Source: Acetivibrionales bacterium
GTDB lineage: Bacteria > Bacillota > Clostridia > Acetivibrionales > DTU013
Length of the DNA stretch: 64,000 nt
Reading direction: 5' to 3'
Assembly (NCBI GenBank): GCA_050952225.1
Contig: JBMNKL010000001.1
Location: 238,589 to 302,588, forward strand
In this document: in pieces, positions 35,844 to 46,421 of the stretch
How positions within the stretch are numbered: the first letter of the stretch is position 1
Layout of the letters: each line of letters begins with the position of its first letter
Notes under the pieces: model-generated
Seen by the model: the letters and a program-made list of their open reading frames with translations, nothing else
Told to the model about the DNA's origin: nothing
Databases searched by the model: none
Position numbers and translations under genes: made by a program

Positions 35844-36608
35844 TCAGTACTCCGTGACAATTACTGGCGTAGCCAGCCAAATGTAAGTCCTGCCCTCGTA
35901 TGAATTGTACCTGGCCGCCATGTTCACGTTTACACGCTTGCCATTCACCAGCACCGCGCTTTTAATCGAGGGTGAAAACGCCGTTATGCTTACCAGTTCA
36001 TTGCTTCTTGTACCGTCGATTATATCCGCATGAATACTGCTAAGTGCCTTGCCGCACAATTCCTCTATTTCAGATTCCGATAGCTTCCCTTCCATGCTTC
36101 CGGTAACCGACAGGTTCACCTCGGGTTTTGCGCCAAGTTCTTCCGCCAGTCCCACAAGGCCGGCGACGGTACCTGAAGAAAACGGTTGCTGTGAAGTATC
36201 AACAAGGCTTATCACCAGCCTGTATTTTCCCGCAGTATTTCCCTCTTTTTCCTTTAACGCGCCAATATGTATCCTGCAATCTTCATCGATTATGTAATCA
36301 GTTTCCGTGCCTTTGCAAAAATCGGTATCTATAACGGCAAATTCAGGTTCATTGACGGCAATATTTCCGCCGGCCTTTGCAATTACCCTCTTTATCAACC
36401 GCTGTCGTTCAAGCTCATCATCATACAAGCCTGCGTTTAGTTCACCGCATATAAAAACCTCGGAACTGACAATCCTTGCGCCGGTTTTGCCGAACGCCTC
36501 CAGGATGAGTGCCGTTGTTGCCGTTTCCGGTTGGTTTGGATGTATAATTTTAATGAAAATTGAGATAAATAAAACCAAAATAGAAACAATAAATATACAC
36601 TTTTTCAA
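35844..36608 (-). CDS. ywmB: YwmB family (TATA-box-binding-like fold) protein
   Basis: 254 aa with a signal/anchor helix and the family-typical C-terminus NMAARYNSYEGRTYIWLATPVIVTEY. It sits immediately upstream of murA, as ywmB-murAA in B. subtilis. Confidence 0.7.
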   Translation of the reverse strand: MKKCIFIVSILVLFISIFIKIIHPNQPETATTALILEAFGKTGARIVSSEVFICGELNAGLYDDELERQRLIKRVIAKAGGNIAVNEPEFAVIDTDFCKGTETDYIIDEDCRIHIGALKEKEGNTAGKYRLVISLVDTSQQPFSSGTVAGLVGLAEELGAKPEVNLSVTGSMEGKLSESEIEELCGKALSSIHADIIDGTRSNELVSITAFSPSIKSAVLVNGKRVNVNMAARYNSYEGRTYIWLATPVIVTEY

Positions 36609-36764
36609 CGGACATGCCCCCTTATGCCCTGCAAGCTTGTTTACCGTAATGAGTTGCAGGATAATCTTGATTTTAATTATTGCCTCATTAAAGGGGGCAT
36701 ATACATGAAAATATTCTATAAACGGCTTATTTGCTGGATAATAAGCTTGTTTTTATTTAAATTT

Positions 36765-39700
36765 TTAAAGTTCACCTACATATCGAAGCAGTTTTTCAAG
36801 CAGCACCATTGCCTCAGCGCGCGTCACGATATCTTTCGGCCCCAGCGTATCGGAAAACCTGCTTGTAATGACGCCGGTTTCCAGCGCGAACCGGATTTTT
36901 GGCAACAGCCTGGGGTCGGCCTGCCTGATGTCTTTATATATATAAGTTTCATCGCCCGACGCTTTCGCGCTTTGCGAAGTTTTCAGCTCATAGACTCTCA
37001 TAGCCATGGCTATGAGCTTTTCCCTGGTACAGCCCTGGTTCGGCGCTCCGCTGTCCGCAGCAGGGACGATACCCGCCTTTACGGCAAGTGTCATGTAGTT
37101 GCTGCCGTAATCAACATCAAGCATATCGAGCATAAATTTCGCGCAGTCGCCGACAGTGAGGTTTTTTGCAGGTTCAAACCTCCTGCCTGTTATTGATTTC
37201 AGCTTATGCACGGATGCCACGTTGGCAATTGAGTTTCTCGCATAGCTTCCGGATATGTCGTCGTAAAAATCCTTGCCCTGATCCGCTATTGCCAGCCGTC
37301 CCGGAACAAGCGTCTCAAACGCGAGCGTGCCCAGCCCGCGGTCAGGATCAAAGCTTCCCGAGGAAGCGGCTTTTATCCATTCGGCGGAACCATCGGGCAG
37401 CACATACCCAAACGTGGTGCCGGGCTTGTACCATGCAGCGGTAGTGTATTCATATATTATCTTCAATGGTTTATTAAGCTTCTCCACAGTGCTGACGATG
37501 CCGTCCGACAGGCCGATTTCCAGCTTTGAAACCGGGGTTCTGAAAGTAAGGTTCCTCGTGTTGATGTTTTCCGTGTTGCTGTCAAGAACTATCCCGAAGA
37601 TATAGTCGGCATCCCCGGCGGCAGACCGGTAAACCCCGCTGGCATCCGGCATGACACCCGGCCTGATGACAATCATGTTTCTCTTCGTCTTCAGAATCAG
37701 GTTCTCGCCCAGCATACCGAGGGCCTTAAATACCTTGTCGGATATAATGACAGATATTTTTTTCGTACCGTCAGGCATGGTCCTGAGGTCGATAACATAA
37801 TCCAGCACATTATCCGTCCGGACATATTGTATGAAGCGGTCCGCATTGACGCCGACAATCCTGACGGTCCATACCCCGTCCACCGATACCGGGTCTTTCT
37901 GTACAAAGTCGCCTCTTATAATGTCCTCGGTATCTTCGCCGGAATCATATTCGTCGGTGCTGCGGGGCGTTCTCACCACTATGCTCTGCGTAGGTACAGA
38001 CGCCAGTTTTTTAACCGGGTCGTACGCATAAAGCCTGGCAAAGTACCTGAAATTCGACCTGAGGTTTTCCACGGTAAATTCGGACGCGCCTTTTATCTCG
38101 TACCTGGTGCTTTCATGGTAATCCGCCGCGTCGTCTATCTCAAGTATGTAATCCAGGCCTTCCTCGGCAATCCACTCAAAAGTTATGCTGTTCTTCACAC
38201 CGTCACCTTCCGTCCTCTTAACACCGAACCCTTTCGGTGTATCGGGAGGAATATCTTTAGTGGTTTTTACAAGAAAAGAATCGCTGAAATCGGAGCTCTT
38301 CACCTCTCCTGACTCACTTGTCGCTTCAGCCCGTATCCAGAAATAATAAACCGTGTCGGGAGTGAGCCCGGTTACCCTGTAATACGTGGTAAATTCCAAA
38401 TCCTCCGGCGTAATTATTGCTCTGCCCGTCGCTTTCGCACGGTCGTCTTCCGTTCCGTATTCCAGGTAATACACGTACCGGTTGTTGAAATTCCACCCCA
38501 GGTCAATATATACATCTCCCGCATGGCTGTAGTTAAATACCGGCACCGTTGGCTTTTCGACAATATCGGGAAGCTCGGGCAGCGTCGTGACAATTATGGG
38601 GTCCGAAGGCCCGGAAATAAGGCCGACACTGCGCCTTGCCGCCCTGACCCATATAACGTACGTAGTGTTTGGCGCCAGGTCATCAACGGTAATGTTGATA
38701 TTGTGCTTTTTACCGTCAGGTATAGCCCCCGGCGCATATATATCCTCTTCGGGGTCGTTGGGAGTTACAGGTATATTAACCACCTTGTCCGTCGGCAATG
38801 TCTCAATGGTACTATAATCAAAGCCCGGAGTATATATAGCTATACCCACGTCAAGGGTAACCCCTTCGTCATATTCAACCTTTCGGAATTGCAGCGGGTC
38901 TGCAGTGCCATTTTCTATCGCATCCACAAGGTTCTCTACCGGCGGGTCCAGCTCAAGTCCTGCTTCATTTATCTGTTCCGGGGTCCTGTAGACCCAGCAG
39001 GCTCTCCCCCCGGAAAGAGGCGGCATATACTGCTCGTACCATTTGTTCTTAAGCGTTATGACTGCCGAGGTGTTGGTAACCATATCCTTTCCCTGGCTGT
39101 CCCTTTTCAGCTCAAGGGGCGGCCTGCCCGGCACGATGGGCTGGTCAATCGGCCCTAGCGTAGGAGTTATGATGATTTTCATTGCAGCGTCCGACTGCAA
39201 TGTAATATATCTGAGCTCGCCGTCCTCAAATTCGACATAACTCTTTTTAGCGACGATTTTAAAGTAATAAGTCGAGTTGGGCACAAGATCATTTAAGTAA
39301 AACTTATAGCCGAGGAGTTTCGTGCCGCTCATTACCTTGTTGCTCTCGCCCATTTTAATGTCAGACGCAATCATTGTCCCGGGCGGAGGATCATCCAGCG
39401 TGTTGGGGTCGCTTATAAGCCACATGTCGTACATTGTTTCTTCATCAACGCTTCCGTCTCCCTTTAAGGGCGCTTTCCACAATATGACCGCCCTGTCGGG
39501 CTTCAGTTCTTCTTCGTAAGAAATAATCGTAACACCGGCATTTGAAAATTCGGACACCAGTTCAGGGACAGGAGGTGTTGACGGCACTTCGGATTCCCTG
39601 ACATAAATGCGCTGTGACTGTATTCTTATACCCGGGTACAGGTCCTGGCCGTCACGCGTTACAGTGGCTTTTATAACATAGTAATAATTTTCTTCACCCG

Positions 39701-40766
39701 GTCCGAGCACCAGGAAAAACACCGTGTCCGATACAGTGGCTATGTATTCCTCAATGCTTCCTCCTGCGCCCGTACCCCTGTATATCTGGTAGGAAACCTT
39801 GACATTGCCGCCGATACCGGTTACCACGGGGCTCCATTCCAGTTTCCAGACCGTCCCTTCATCCGTAACGGACATTTTTGTCGTCTTTGCAAGGATATAA
39901 CTGCTGACGACAACAACACGGCTTTCCGGAGACCTCTTGAGCTCGGTGTCGGTAGTATCGGGGACTATTTTTATATGGTACACCCTTCCCGGGTCCCTGA
40001 CCGTATGGATATACTCCAGCTTGCCCGCCGCTTCGTTTACCTTGACAGGGCCGTCCTGTCCGATTTGCTCCTGTCCTATATATATCGGGGGACTGTTCGC
40101 AAAAGACTCGTTTTCTGAAATATACAGCTTGTAGTCCATTCTTTTCCCGGAATACCACACATCGTCCCACTCTATTTTTATCTGGTTGGGGCCATACGGA
40201 TAGGCGTTGATGGCAATATCCGTCAGGAACCTTACGGTATTCGACGGGTTCGACTCGCTGCTGGTATATACGACGGAATCCTGTGTATACCTGTAGTACG
40301 CCCTTGAATAAGCGTAGTAAACCGTTCCCGAATTAAGGTCCCGTAACCTGATTTCGTTGTCTCCATCGGTTTTGGCGGGAACATTCCCTTCTTTCAGGAA
40401 CACGGGCCTGCTCGGCCTGTATGGCTTGTTGACCTCCTGGAGGTAATAATTCAGGTATATGTCCGCTCCGGATACGCCATGCGGTGTATCCAGTTTATCG
40501 CACTTCAAATCTGCATAATACTTGTCAAACTCGTTGTAGCCTATCGGGGGTTCCACCCGCGGCGGGGTATCATGTATCGCCTCCACCCTCAATCTCTCCG
40601 GCGCCGGTTGCGGAACGGTGTCCGCTGAAACAGGCATTATCAAACCCTGCAGGAACAGCAGCACCGTTGCCAGCAGAATGGATGCCACCCTTCTGCCTGC
40701 TTTTCCGCCTGGTTTTTTAATAGTTTTGCTTACGGTTCTCCCACCGTTTTTTTTGCCTGGTATCAT
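36765..40766 (-). CDS. giant cell-surface protein: signal peptide, multiple Fn3-like modules, C-terminal SLH-like repeats
   Basis: 1333 aa. Signal peptide (ILLATVLLFLQGLIMPVSA). Recurrent Fn3 F-G strand signatures (LNSGTVYYAYSRA, LVPNSTYYFKIVAK, LAPNTTYVIWVRAA, LTPDTVYYFWIRAE, LRSNFRYFARLYA). The last ~170 aa are SLH-like (FYDDISGSYARNSIANV ... FEPAKNLTVGDCAKFML; ITSRFSDTLGPKDIVTRAEAMVLLEKL). Confidence 0.75.
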   Translation of the reverse strand: MIPGKKNGGRTVSKTIKKPGGKAGRRVASILLATVLLFLQGLIMPVSADTVPQPAPERLRVEAIHDTPPRVEPPIGYNEFDKYYADLKCDKLDTPHGVSGADIYLNYYLQEVNKPYRPSRPVFLKEGNVPAKTDGDNEIRLRDLNSGTVYYAYSRAYYRYTQDSVVYTSSESNPSNTVRFLTDIAINAYPYGPNQIKIEWDDVWYSGKRMDYKLYISENESFANSPPIYIGQEQIGQDGPVKVNEAAGKLEYIHTVRDPGRVYHIKIVPDTTDTELKRSPESRVVVVSSYILAKTTKMSVTDEGTVWKLEWSPVVTGIGGNVKVSYQIYRGTGAGGSIEEYIATVSDTVFFLVLGPGEENYYYVIKATVTRDGQDLYPGIRIQSQRIYVRESEVPSTPPVPELVSEFSNAGVTIISYEEELKPDRAVILWKAPLKGDGSVDEETMYDMWLISDPNTLDDPPPGTMIASDIKMGESNKVMSGTKLLGYKFYLNDLVPNSTYYFKIVAKKSYVEFEDGELRYITLQSDAAMKIIITPTLGPIDQPIVPGRPPLELKRDSQGKDMVTNTSAVITLKNKWYEQYMPPLSGGRACWVYRTPEQINEAGLELDPPVENLVDAIENGTADPLQFRKVEYDEGVTLDVGIAIYTPGFDYSTIETLPTDKVVNIPVTPNDPEEDIYAPGAIPDGKKHNINITVDDLAPNTTYVIWVRAARRSVGLISGPSDPIIVTTLPELPDIVEKPTVPVFNYSHAGDVYIDLGWNFNNRYVYYLEYGTEDDRAKATGRAIITPEDLEFTTYYRVTGLTPDTVYYFWIRAEATSESGEVKSSDFSDSFLVKTTKDIPPDTPKGFGVKRTEGDGVKNSITFEWIAEEGLDYILEIDDAADYHESTRYEIKGASEFTVENLRSNFRYFARLYAYDPVKKLASVPTQSIVVRTPRSTDEYDSGEDTEDIIRGDFVQKDPVSVDGVWTVRIVGVNADRFIQYVRTDNVLDYVIDLRTMPDGTKKISVIISDKVFKALGMLGENLILKTKRNMIVIRPGVMPDASGVYRSAAGDADYIFGIVLDSNTENINTRNLTFRTPVSKLEIGLSDGIVSTVEKLNKPLKIIYEYTTAAWYKPGTTFGYVLPDGSAEWIKAASSGSFDPDRGLGTLAFETLVPGRLAIADQGKDFYDDISGSYARNSIANVASVHKLKSITGRRFEPAKNLTVGDCAKFMLDMLDVDYGSNYMTLAVKAGIVPAADSGAPNQGCTREKLIAMAMRVYELKTSQSAKASGDETYIYKDIRQADPRLLPKIRFALETGVITSRFSDTLGPKDIVTRAEAMVLLEKLLRYVGEL

Positions 40767-40834
40767 TATTACTCCCCCGTCTTTGGTATATCTTTCCTCA
40801 AGCCGGGCGCTATTGAAGCACTTCCGGAACTCTC

Positions 40835-43800
40835 TTAATCAATATCTCCCGTCAGTCTCAGCATTTTTACAAAGGCCGCCACGACCTCCGCCCGCGTCAT
40901 CTGCTCCCCGGGACGGAACCTGCCGTTGCCGTCAAGCTCCATAACTTTCATGTCAACGATCATGACCACCGGCTGGAAATAATCATCCCCGATAGCATTT
41001 TCGTCGGCAATCATTATCCTGCCGCCAGGTTTCAGCCTGTCCATGGCGGCGCCTTTCTTGACGGAAAACAATTTCAGCAGCACCTTGGCCGTCTCCTGCC
41101 GCTTAATGTTTTTTGCAAGCGAATTGGGGTGAATAATGCCGGAAAGCCCCAGCTTCACATTTTTCTGCCGGATATCCAGCCCGGCGTTTTCCGCCGTTTT
41201 ACCTGTCACTTTTTCGTAAAGCAACACTACCTCCCTGCAGGTTGCCTTGTTGTCGGGCATAAAGTTATCGCGTATGCCTGGGAAAACATCGCTGAGGTCG
41301 TACCTTGACGCAATAGCTTCAATATAATCCCTGGCCCAGTGCACCTGTGACACGCCGCCGATAACGGTCTGCGCAGCCATAATGACAAACTTGCCTGTCT
41401 TTACCAGGTTGAAACGCACCATCGAGCCTTCCTGTAAAGTACCGGCAGATATTTTTTGCCAGCTCCTGGAACCGTCATACAGCACGTATGGGATTTTCAC
41501 CCCCCTGGCCGCGCCAACCGCCATTCCTGCCAGCACAGGCGCTCCGGGTTCTTCAATTCTCTCTACGGCGTTATCTATTTTTGCATCCTGCAAAGTATCG
41601 TCAATGTACAATGACAGTTCTTTCTCTATCATGTCCACAATATTTTGCGCATACTTCTCAATCGTGGCGGTTGAACCGGGCCCGCTTCCTACATATGCAT
41701 TCAGCAGTAAATTGAGCTTTTCGCTTACCTGTCCGGTATCTTCATCGTAAAGCCAGTCATGATACATTTTTGCCATGGCTTCATCGGTCATGGACAGGCC
41801 GAAGGCGATAATGTCCAGCTCACAGATACCGGTAATTTTCAGGTGCTCCTGCGGAAGCGGGATTGATGATGAAACCGAACGCAAAATATCAACCTTGACG
41901 TAAATATCCTTTACTTCCTCTCTCGCCAGGATCTCTTTCAGAGGCCCGTTTGCCGACGCATCCAGCGTTGCCGGCCTTAATACCAGTTCCATGCCCTCGG
42001 TCCTTATGACAAGATTCTTTCTGAAAGCATTCATGGTTTTGATGACAGTAATGGGCACGTATATGACATCCGATGCCACATTGATTGAAAGCGGCGTCAG
42101 GTCCACGGTAAACGAGTCCCCCGGTGAATTCCTCATTGCATCGGCAACTCTCATACCCTTGAGCAATATGGTAGTAGCGCGGCTTCTTCCTATTGCGACT
42201 CTCCAATAATAACGCTTTTCCAGCATTTCTATTTTGTCAAGGAATATGGCTTTTTCCCGCTCTTCGCGATCAATGTTGTCGTAATCCTCCTGGCTGAACT
42301 CGGTGCGGATGTTAACCGGGCCTATGTACTTGGAATAGGCGATTATATTGGTATCTACCGCATCAATTTTTACCGACCTTACTTTAATAAAATATTTAAC
42401 ATTGGATTTAAGCGGCTGTCTGGTCACAATGCCGCCCTGTATTACGACATTTGCGCTCTTTATCTTTGCATAATAGCATACTTTGTCGTTATTTATCGTA
42501 TACGCCGTTTCTTCCGTATAATATGGCAATACGGAGCCAGTCTTGTTAATATAATGCTCGAGGTCAGCCGCCGTGAGCACCGTATATTCCGAGCCGCCCT
42601 CTTCCATTATCGCGATTTCATAGCGGGCATATTCATCCAGCGGCTTTCCGATCCACTTAACCTCTATTTCATGGCACGCGTCTCTCGTTTTCACGGACCT
42701 TTTGTCATATACTGTCGTATTGGCCCCTTTAATCACCTTTATATCATAATATGTGTTCAGCTTAAGTTCCCGCACCCTGCCGTAATAGGTCTTTCCGTCG
42801 GTATCCTTTATAACTGTCGCCCTCGACCGGTCCATCAGCTTGTAATCCTTATCGGAAGGGCCTTTTACGTATATTTTATAATCCTCGGCCGTCAAGCCGG
42901 CTGTATCATCCGTCCAGTAGAAGCCCAGTTCCGCGCCCAGTACTGCCTCCAGCGAAAGAGGCGCCTCTATGAGGGCGGTCGTTACCGGGATGGAGACCCA
43001 TACGCTTTCCGATGCCGGCTCCAGCGGTTTCCTGTCGGCATCGACCCTCACTGCCCTGAGGCTGAAATAGTACAGCTTGTTGGGGAATACCCGCCGATCC
43101 ACTGTATAGGTACAAGTGCCCGTTACGCTGTCATACGTAAATTTCCCCGGGTGCGTCGAATCATCAGCAGGGTCAAGATATACAGCGCCGTTTTCGGTAT
43201 TATCGCTTAACAGGTCATATTCCTGCAGGAAACTCAAGTACTCGGGATCGTTGGCGTAATCTTCCGTTTCGGCCGCAGGATTTACCTTTCGCGTAGTTTT
43301 AATCATCTGGTAAATAACATCATTCTCCCGGCGCTTCCACGAAAAAGTCACGCTATAGTCGGAAACAAGCGGCTCTCCGCTTTCTTCATCCACGGCAATT
43401 GCGAAGTCCGTGGGAGCAAGCGGTTTTCTCGCTTCGTCGTCCGGCGGGATTATGTCGAGCCGTACGGTCGTAACAGGCAATACCGTCGTATAGACGGATT
43501 CCTTTGAGCGTACATCCGCCGGGTCGGTTCTGCTTTGAATAACCAGCCTTGTCCTTGCCTTTATATAATATACTGTATTCGGCAGCAGCTTATAGCCGAA
43601 CACATTGACATTTTCCTGTTCCTCAAACCTGGATATGCGCGCCCTGACAGAAGTGCTTTGCGGATCCGCTGCGCCGGTGAAAACTACATCGCCGCCGGGA
43701 TTTTCGGTTGTCCCTATAAGTTTAAAAGAGAGCGGGTCATTTCTTAAGCTCATCAGGATATCGTAGTAAATATGATAGCTGTAATTCCCAGGGTCATAAT

Positions 43801-45826
43801 CGGTCACGTGCTTGTTCCAGTCCAGGTTCAGTATTTTGTCAAACCTTACGCTGATATAGTTTACCGGCGGGTCCTCGGCAGTGTCCTTTCCGTTGGCATC
43901 AAGAGCAAAACTCATGGGCAGCGGGACTTCCAACTCCGCGCCGTCCAGCGTGGTAAAGCTGGTTATGACGGAACGGTCGGACATTTTGCTTGCATTGGTC
44001 GTCCCCCTGTTTTCAGCATTTGTCGTGTACATCTGCAGGAAGTAAACGGTATTGGGCAGCAAAAACCCGGGATAGTCCCCGTGGCCGTCGATAGTGCCGT
44101 TGTCGCTTTCCGTATCGCCTTCCCATGTAAACAGGTCAAACGCGCCCAGCGTATATTCGAGGCGGTTCCCTACTTCCTTTATCTTGTCGGATTTTGCGCT
44201 TATGTATTTTACCAGCCTGTAAACCGCGGGATAATTGCCCCAGTGGTGTTCCCCGACGTAAAGAGGGATATCCTCGGTGATAGCCGTTTGATTTGTACTC
44301 AGCATGAAGTGAAAATATAAATTGTTCTTTATAGTATCCCAGTTAAGCGGCTTGTCCCATGATATGGTTATATCCGTGGATTTTACGTCTATTTCCACGC
44401 CGGACGGTGAAACTACCTTCCCGGAATTGAGAACCCTGTTTGTTACCGTTACGCCCGTGGGGAGCGGCGGCCTGCTGGTGTCCACCGTAAGGGTGTACGG
44501 CATTGCCGGCGATTCCAGCCTGTCAACCGGGCTGTCGGACTTTACGACAATCTTGTAGAAAACCTCGTTTTCAGGACTGACCCCGCTAATCACTGTAATG
44601 GCAAAAGGACCGCTGAAATAAGTGTCATCCATGGTCCCTTTCACGACCCAGTCGCCCGGGATTGAAGGATCGTCGGTTGCCTGCACTTCATAATAAAGCC
44701 TTGGAAGATCGAGGCTTCCCTGGTTTATTTTATATATCTTGACATATATGTTGTTTGCGCTGTCTTTTGTCAGTTGAAACCGTATCGGGGTGCTGGCATA
44801 AGACCTTTCTCCCGACAGCATGCTCCCGTTCTGGTCCTCGGGGCCGCCGACCGTAACCGCTGCCACGTTGTTTCCCATGCTATCCTTGTAAATCGGCTTG
44901 ATGTTCATATAGTACACGGTACCGGGAAGTATGTCGTTATCAGGCAAAATGTAATCAATGCCGGCGGGAGGCTCAGGGACTTCCGAATCATCGTCGGCCC
45001 TGCCCCAGAGCTCAAAGCTCATTGTACCCTCTGCGGCAACAATGGTGGCAGTGTCCGTACCGCCTGAGACTTGCGCGGTGTAATTGTTCCCGCCTGCCTG
45101 TTCAACAAGTACCGATGCTTGCGTAGAACCCGCATTCAGCAGGTTTAAATCAGTAGAAATGTTGATCCTGTAATTTAGTGTCGAAATTTCACGATTGCCC
45201 GGGTAAATCGAATTAAGTGCATTCTGCATGTAAGCCAGGGCATCGCTGCCATTGGCCGGCACAAACTTATTGTTGCCGGGGTTCGGATCGGGATCGGGAT
45301 ACACCTTGTTGTCCGGGTCGCAAAAAATCTTCGGCACTGTCCAGCTTAACCTAAGCCTCGGCATGCTTCCGATTTCACGCCCGCCGCCTTCCAGGTCCAC
45401 GTACGGCTGATCAGGTGTCGCAGATTGAAAGGTCATTTTCGGCATAAAGAAGAGAAGGCCTCTTCCTATCGGGTCACCGACCGGGTTTCCTTCCTCATCC
45501 ACGGCTCCGTAAACGGCAACGCTGATGTCATATATGTAATCATTCCTAAGCCCGCTGATTGTTGCCGTCCGGACGGGCGACAGGATTGTGTCCGATACGA
45601 CCAGCTCGGCGGTATCGTTGGTATCCGGCTTGTGAAAAGCGACTACCGCAGCGGCAGCACCTGAAATATCACTCCAATGAAACTCCAGGGTCCCGTTCCT
45701 GTACGAATCGACCGTAATAACGACAGGAACCGCTGCCGCGTAAACCGCGACAAACAAGCCTCCAAAAAGGCTATATAGCAAAATGGCAACGATTAATAAG
45801 GAAACTGGCTTTCTTATATGGTTCAT
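40835..45826 (-). CDS. giant cell-surface protein: signal peptide, many Fn3-like modules, C-terminal SLH-like repeats (paralogue-like neighbour)
   Basis: 1663 aa. Signal/anchor (VSLLIVAILLYSLFGGLFVAVYAAA). Fn3-type signatures (LRNDYIYDISVAV, ILPGTVYYMNIKP, LLPNTVYFLQMYT, LLPNTVYYIKART, VFPNKLYYFSLRA, LKSNVKYFIKVRS). SLH-like C-terminus (WARDYIEAIASRYDLSDVF ... FMPDNKATCREVVLLYEKV; FRPGEQMTRAEVVAAFVKML). Confidence 0.75.
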   Translation of the reverse strand: MNHIRKPVSLLIVAILLYSLFGGLFVAVYAAAVPVVITVDSYRNGTLEFHWSDISGAAAAVVAFHKPDTNDTAELVVSDTILSPVRTATISGLRNDYIYDISVAVYGAVDEEGNPVGDPIGRGLLFFMPKMTFQSATPDQPYVDLEGGGREIGSMPRLRLSWTVPKIFCDPDNKVYPDPDPNPGNNKFVPANGSDALAYMQNALNSIYPGNREISTLNYRINISTDLNLLNAGSTQASVLVEQAGGNNYTAQVSGGTDTATIVAAEGTMSFELWGRADDDSEVPEPPAGIDYILPDNDILPGTVYYMNIKPIYKDSMGNNVAAVTVGGPEDQNGSMLSGERSYASTPIRFQLTKDSANNIYVKIYKINQGSLDLPRLYYEVQATDDPSIPGDWVVKGTMDDTYFSGPFAITVISGVSPENEVFYKIVVKSDSPVDRLESPAMPYTLTVDTSRPPLPTGVTVTNRVLNSGKVVSPSGVEIDVKSTDITISWDKPLNWDTIKNNLYFHFMLSTNQTAITEDIPLYVGEHHWGNYPAVYRLVKYISAKSDKIKEVGNRLEYTLGAFDLFTWEGDTESDNGTIDGHGDYPGFLLPNTVYFLQMYTTNAENRGTTNASKMSDRSVITSFTTLDGAELEVPLPMSFALDANGKDTAEDPPVNYISVRFDKILNLDWNKHVTDYDPGNYSYHIYYDILMSLRNDPLSFKLIGTTENPGGDVVFTGAADPQSTSVRARISRFEEQENVNVFGYKLLPNTVYYIKARTRLVIQSRTDPADVRSKESVYTTVLPVTTVRLDIIPPDDEARKPLAPTDFAIAVDEESGEPLVSDYSVTFSWKRRENDVIYQMIKTTRKVNPAAETEDYANDPEYLSFLQEYDLLSDNTENGAVYLDPADDSTHPGKFTYDSVTGTCTYTVDRRVFPNKLYYFSLRAVRVDADRKPLEPASESVWVSIPVTTALIEAPLSLEAVLGAELGFYWTDDTAGLTAEDYKIYVKGPSDKDYKLMDRSRATVIKDTDGKTYYGRVRELKLNTYYDIKVIKGANTTVYDKRSVKTRDACHEIEVKWIGKPLDEYARYEIAIMEEGGSEYTVLTAADLEHYINKTGSVLPYYTEETAYTINNDKVCYYAKIKSANVVIQGGIVTRQPLKSNVKYFIKVRSVKIDAVDTNIIAYSKYIGPVNIRTEFSQEDYDNIDREEREKAIFLDKIEMLEKRYYWRVAIGRSRATTILLKGMRVADAMRNSPGDSFTVDLTPLSINVASDVIYVPITVIKTMNAFRKNLVIRTEGMELVLRPATLDASANGPLKEILAREEVKDIYVKVDILRSVSSSIPLPQEHLKITGICELDIIAFGLSMTDEAMAKMYHDWLYDEDTGQVSEKLNLLLNAYVGSGPGSTATIEKYAQNIVDMIEKELSLYIDDTLQDAKIDNAVERIEEPGAPVLAGMAVGAARGVKIPYVLYDGSRSWQKISAGTLQEGSMVRFNLVKTGKFVIMAAQTVIGGVSQVHWARDYIEAIASRYDLSDVFPGIRDNFMPDNKATCREVVLLYEKVTGKTAENAGLDIRQKNVKLGLSGIIHPNSLAKNIKRQETAKVLLKLFSVKKGAAMDRLKPGGRIMIADENAIGDDYFQPVVMIVDMKVMELDGNGRFRPGEQMTRAEVVAAFVKMLRLTGDID

Positions 45827-45970
45827 ATATGACAGACCTCCGGCAAATACATCTGACCTTCTGGTTTTTTATTGAATTATGCATTCCACGCCCGCGGCCT
45901 TTTGCCCCCGGGTAAGTACTATTATTATATCGGCAAAACCCCTGCACAAATTAATAAAAGAACGGGGAAC

Positions 45971-46282
45971 TTACGGTTTCTTGCTTACAAATATCTGATT
46001 CCTTCCGTGCTTTACGGACCTTTTCACGTCATATCCTCTCATTACCAGCGTGTCATATATTTCATCCGCCTGGTTGAAACAATTGTTGCCGATGTCCAAT
46101 ATGAGCGTTTCTCCAGGTTTCAAATTTTTCGAAATATCTTTTAACGTTGTATCAGTCTGAAGACATTCTGCATATATCGACATATCCCCGGTGTTTCCTG
46201 CGCGCTTCCTGTCAGGGCCGCTCCCGTACCCGGAAGTATCTTTTTTGCAGTTCCTGCTTGATTTTTGATTTGACATTGGCAT
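45971..46282 (-). CDS. hypothetical small protein
   Basis: 103 aa with a GGAGGG RBS upstream. It has a basic, disordered-looking N-terminus and a C-terminal ~65 aa (LKPGETLILDIGNNCFNQADEIYDTLVMRGYDV) vaguely like a TusA-type alpha/beta fold but without the CPxP motif. Family not recognised. Confidence 0.4.
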   Translation of the reverse strand: MPMSNQKSSRNCKKDTSGYGSGPDRKRAGNTGDMSIYAECLQTDTTLKDISKNLKPGETLILDIGNNCFNQADEIYDTLVMRGYDVKRSVKHGRNQIFVSKKP

Positions 46283-46421
46283 GTACCCTCCACAATAAAG
46301 TAAAGCTGAAATTGTCCCGGTTTTTTATAAAGATTGTTTGTGATATAGTATAGTATTATCATGAACCATAAATTTTATATGTAAATACTAATGCCAAGAA
46401 CAGTTTTGTCCGGGTTTGGGT

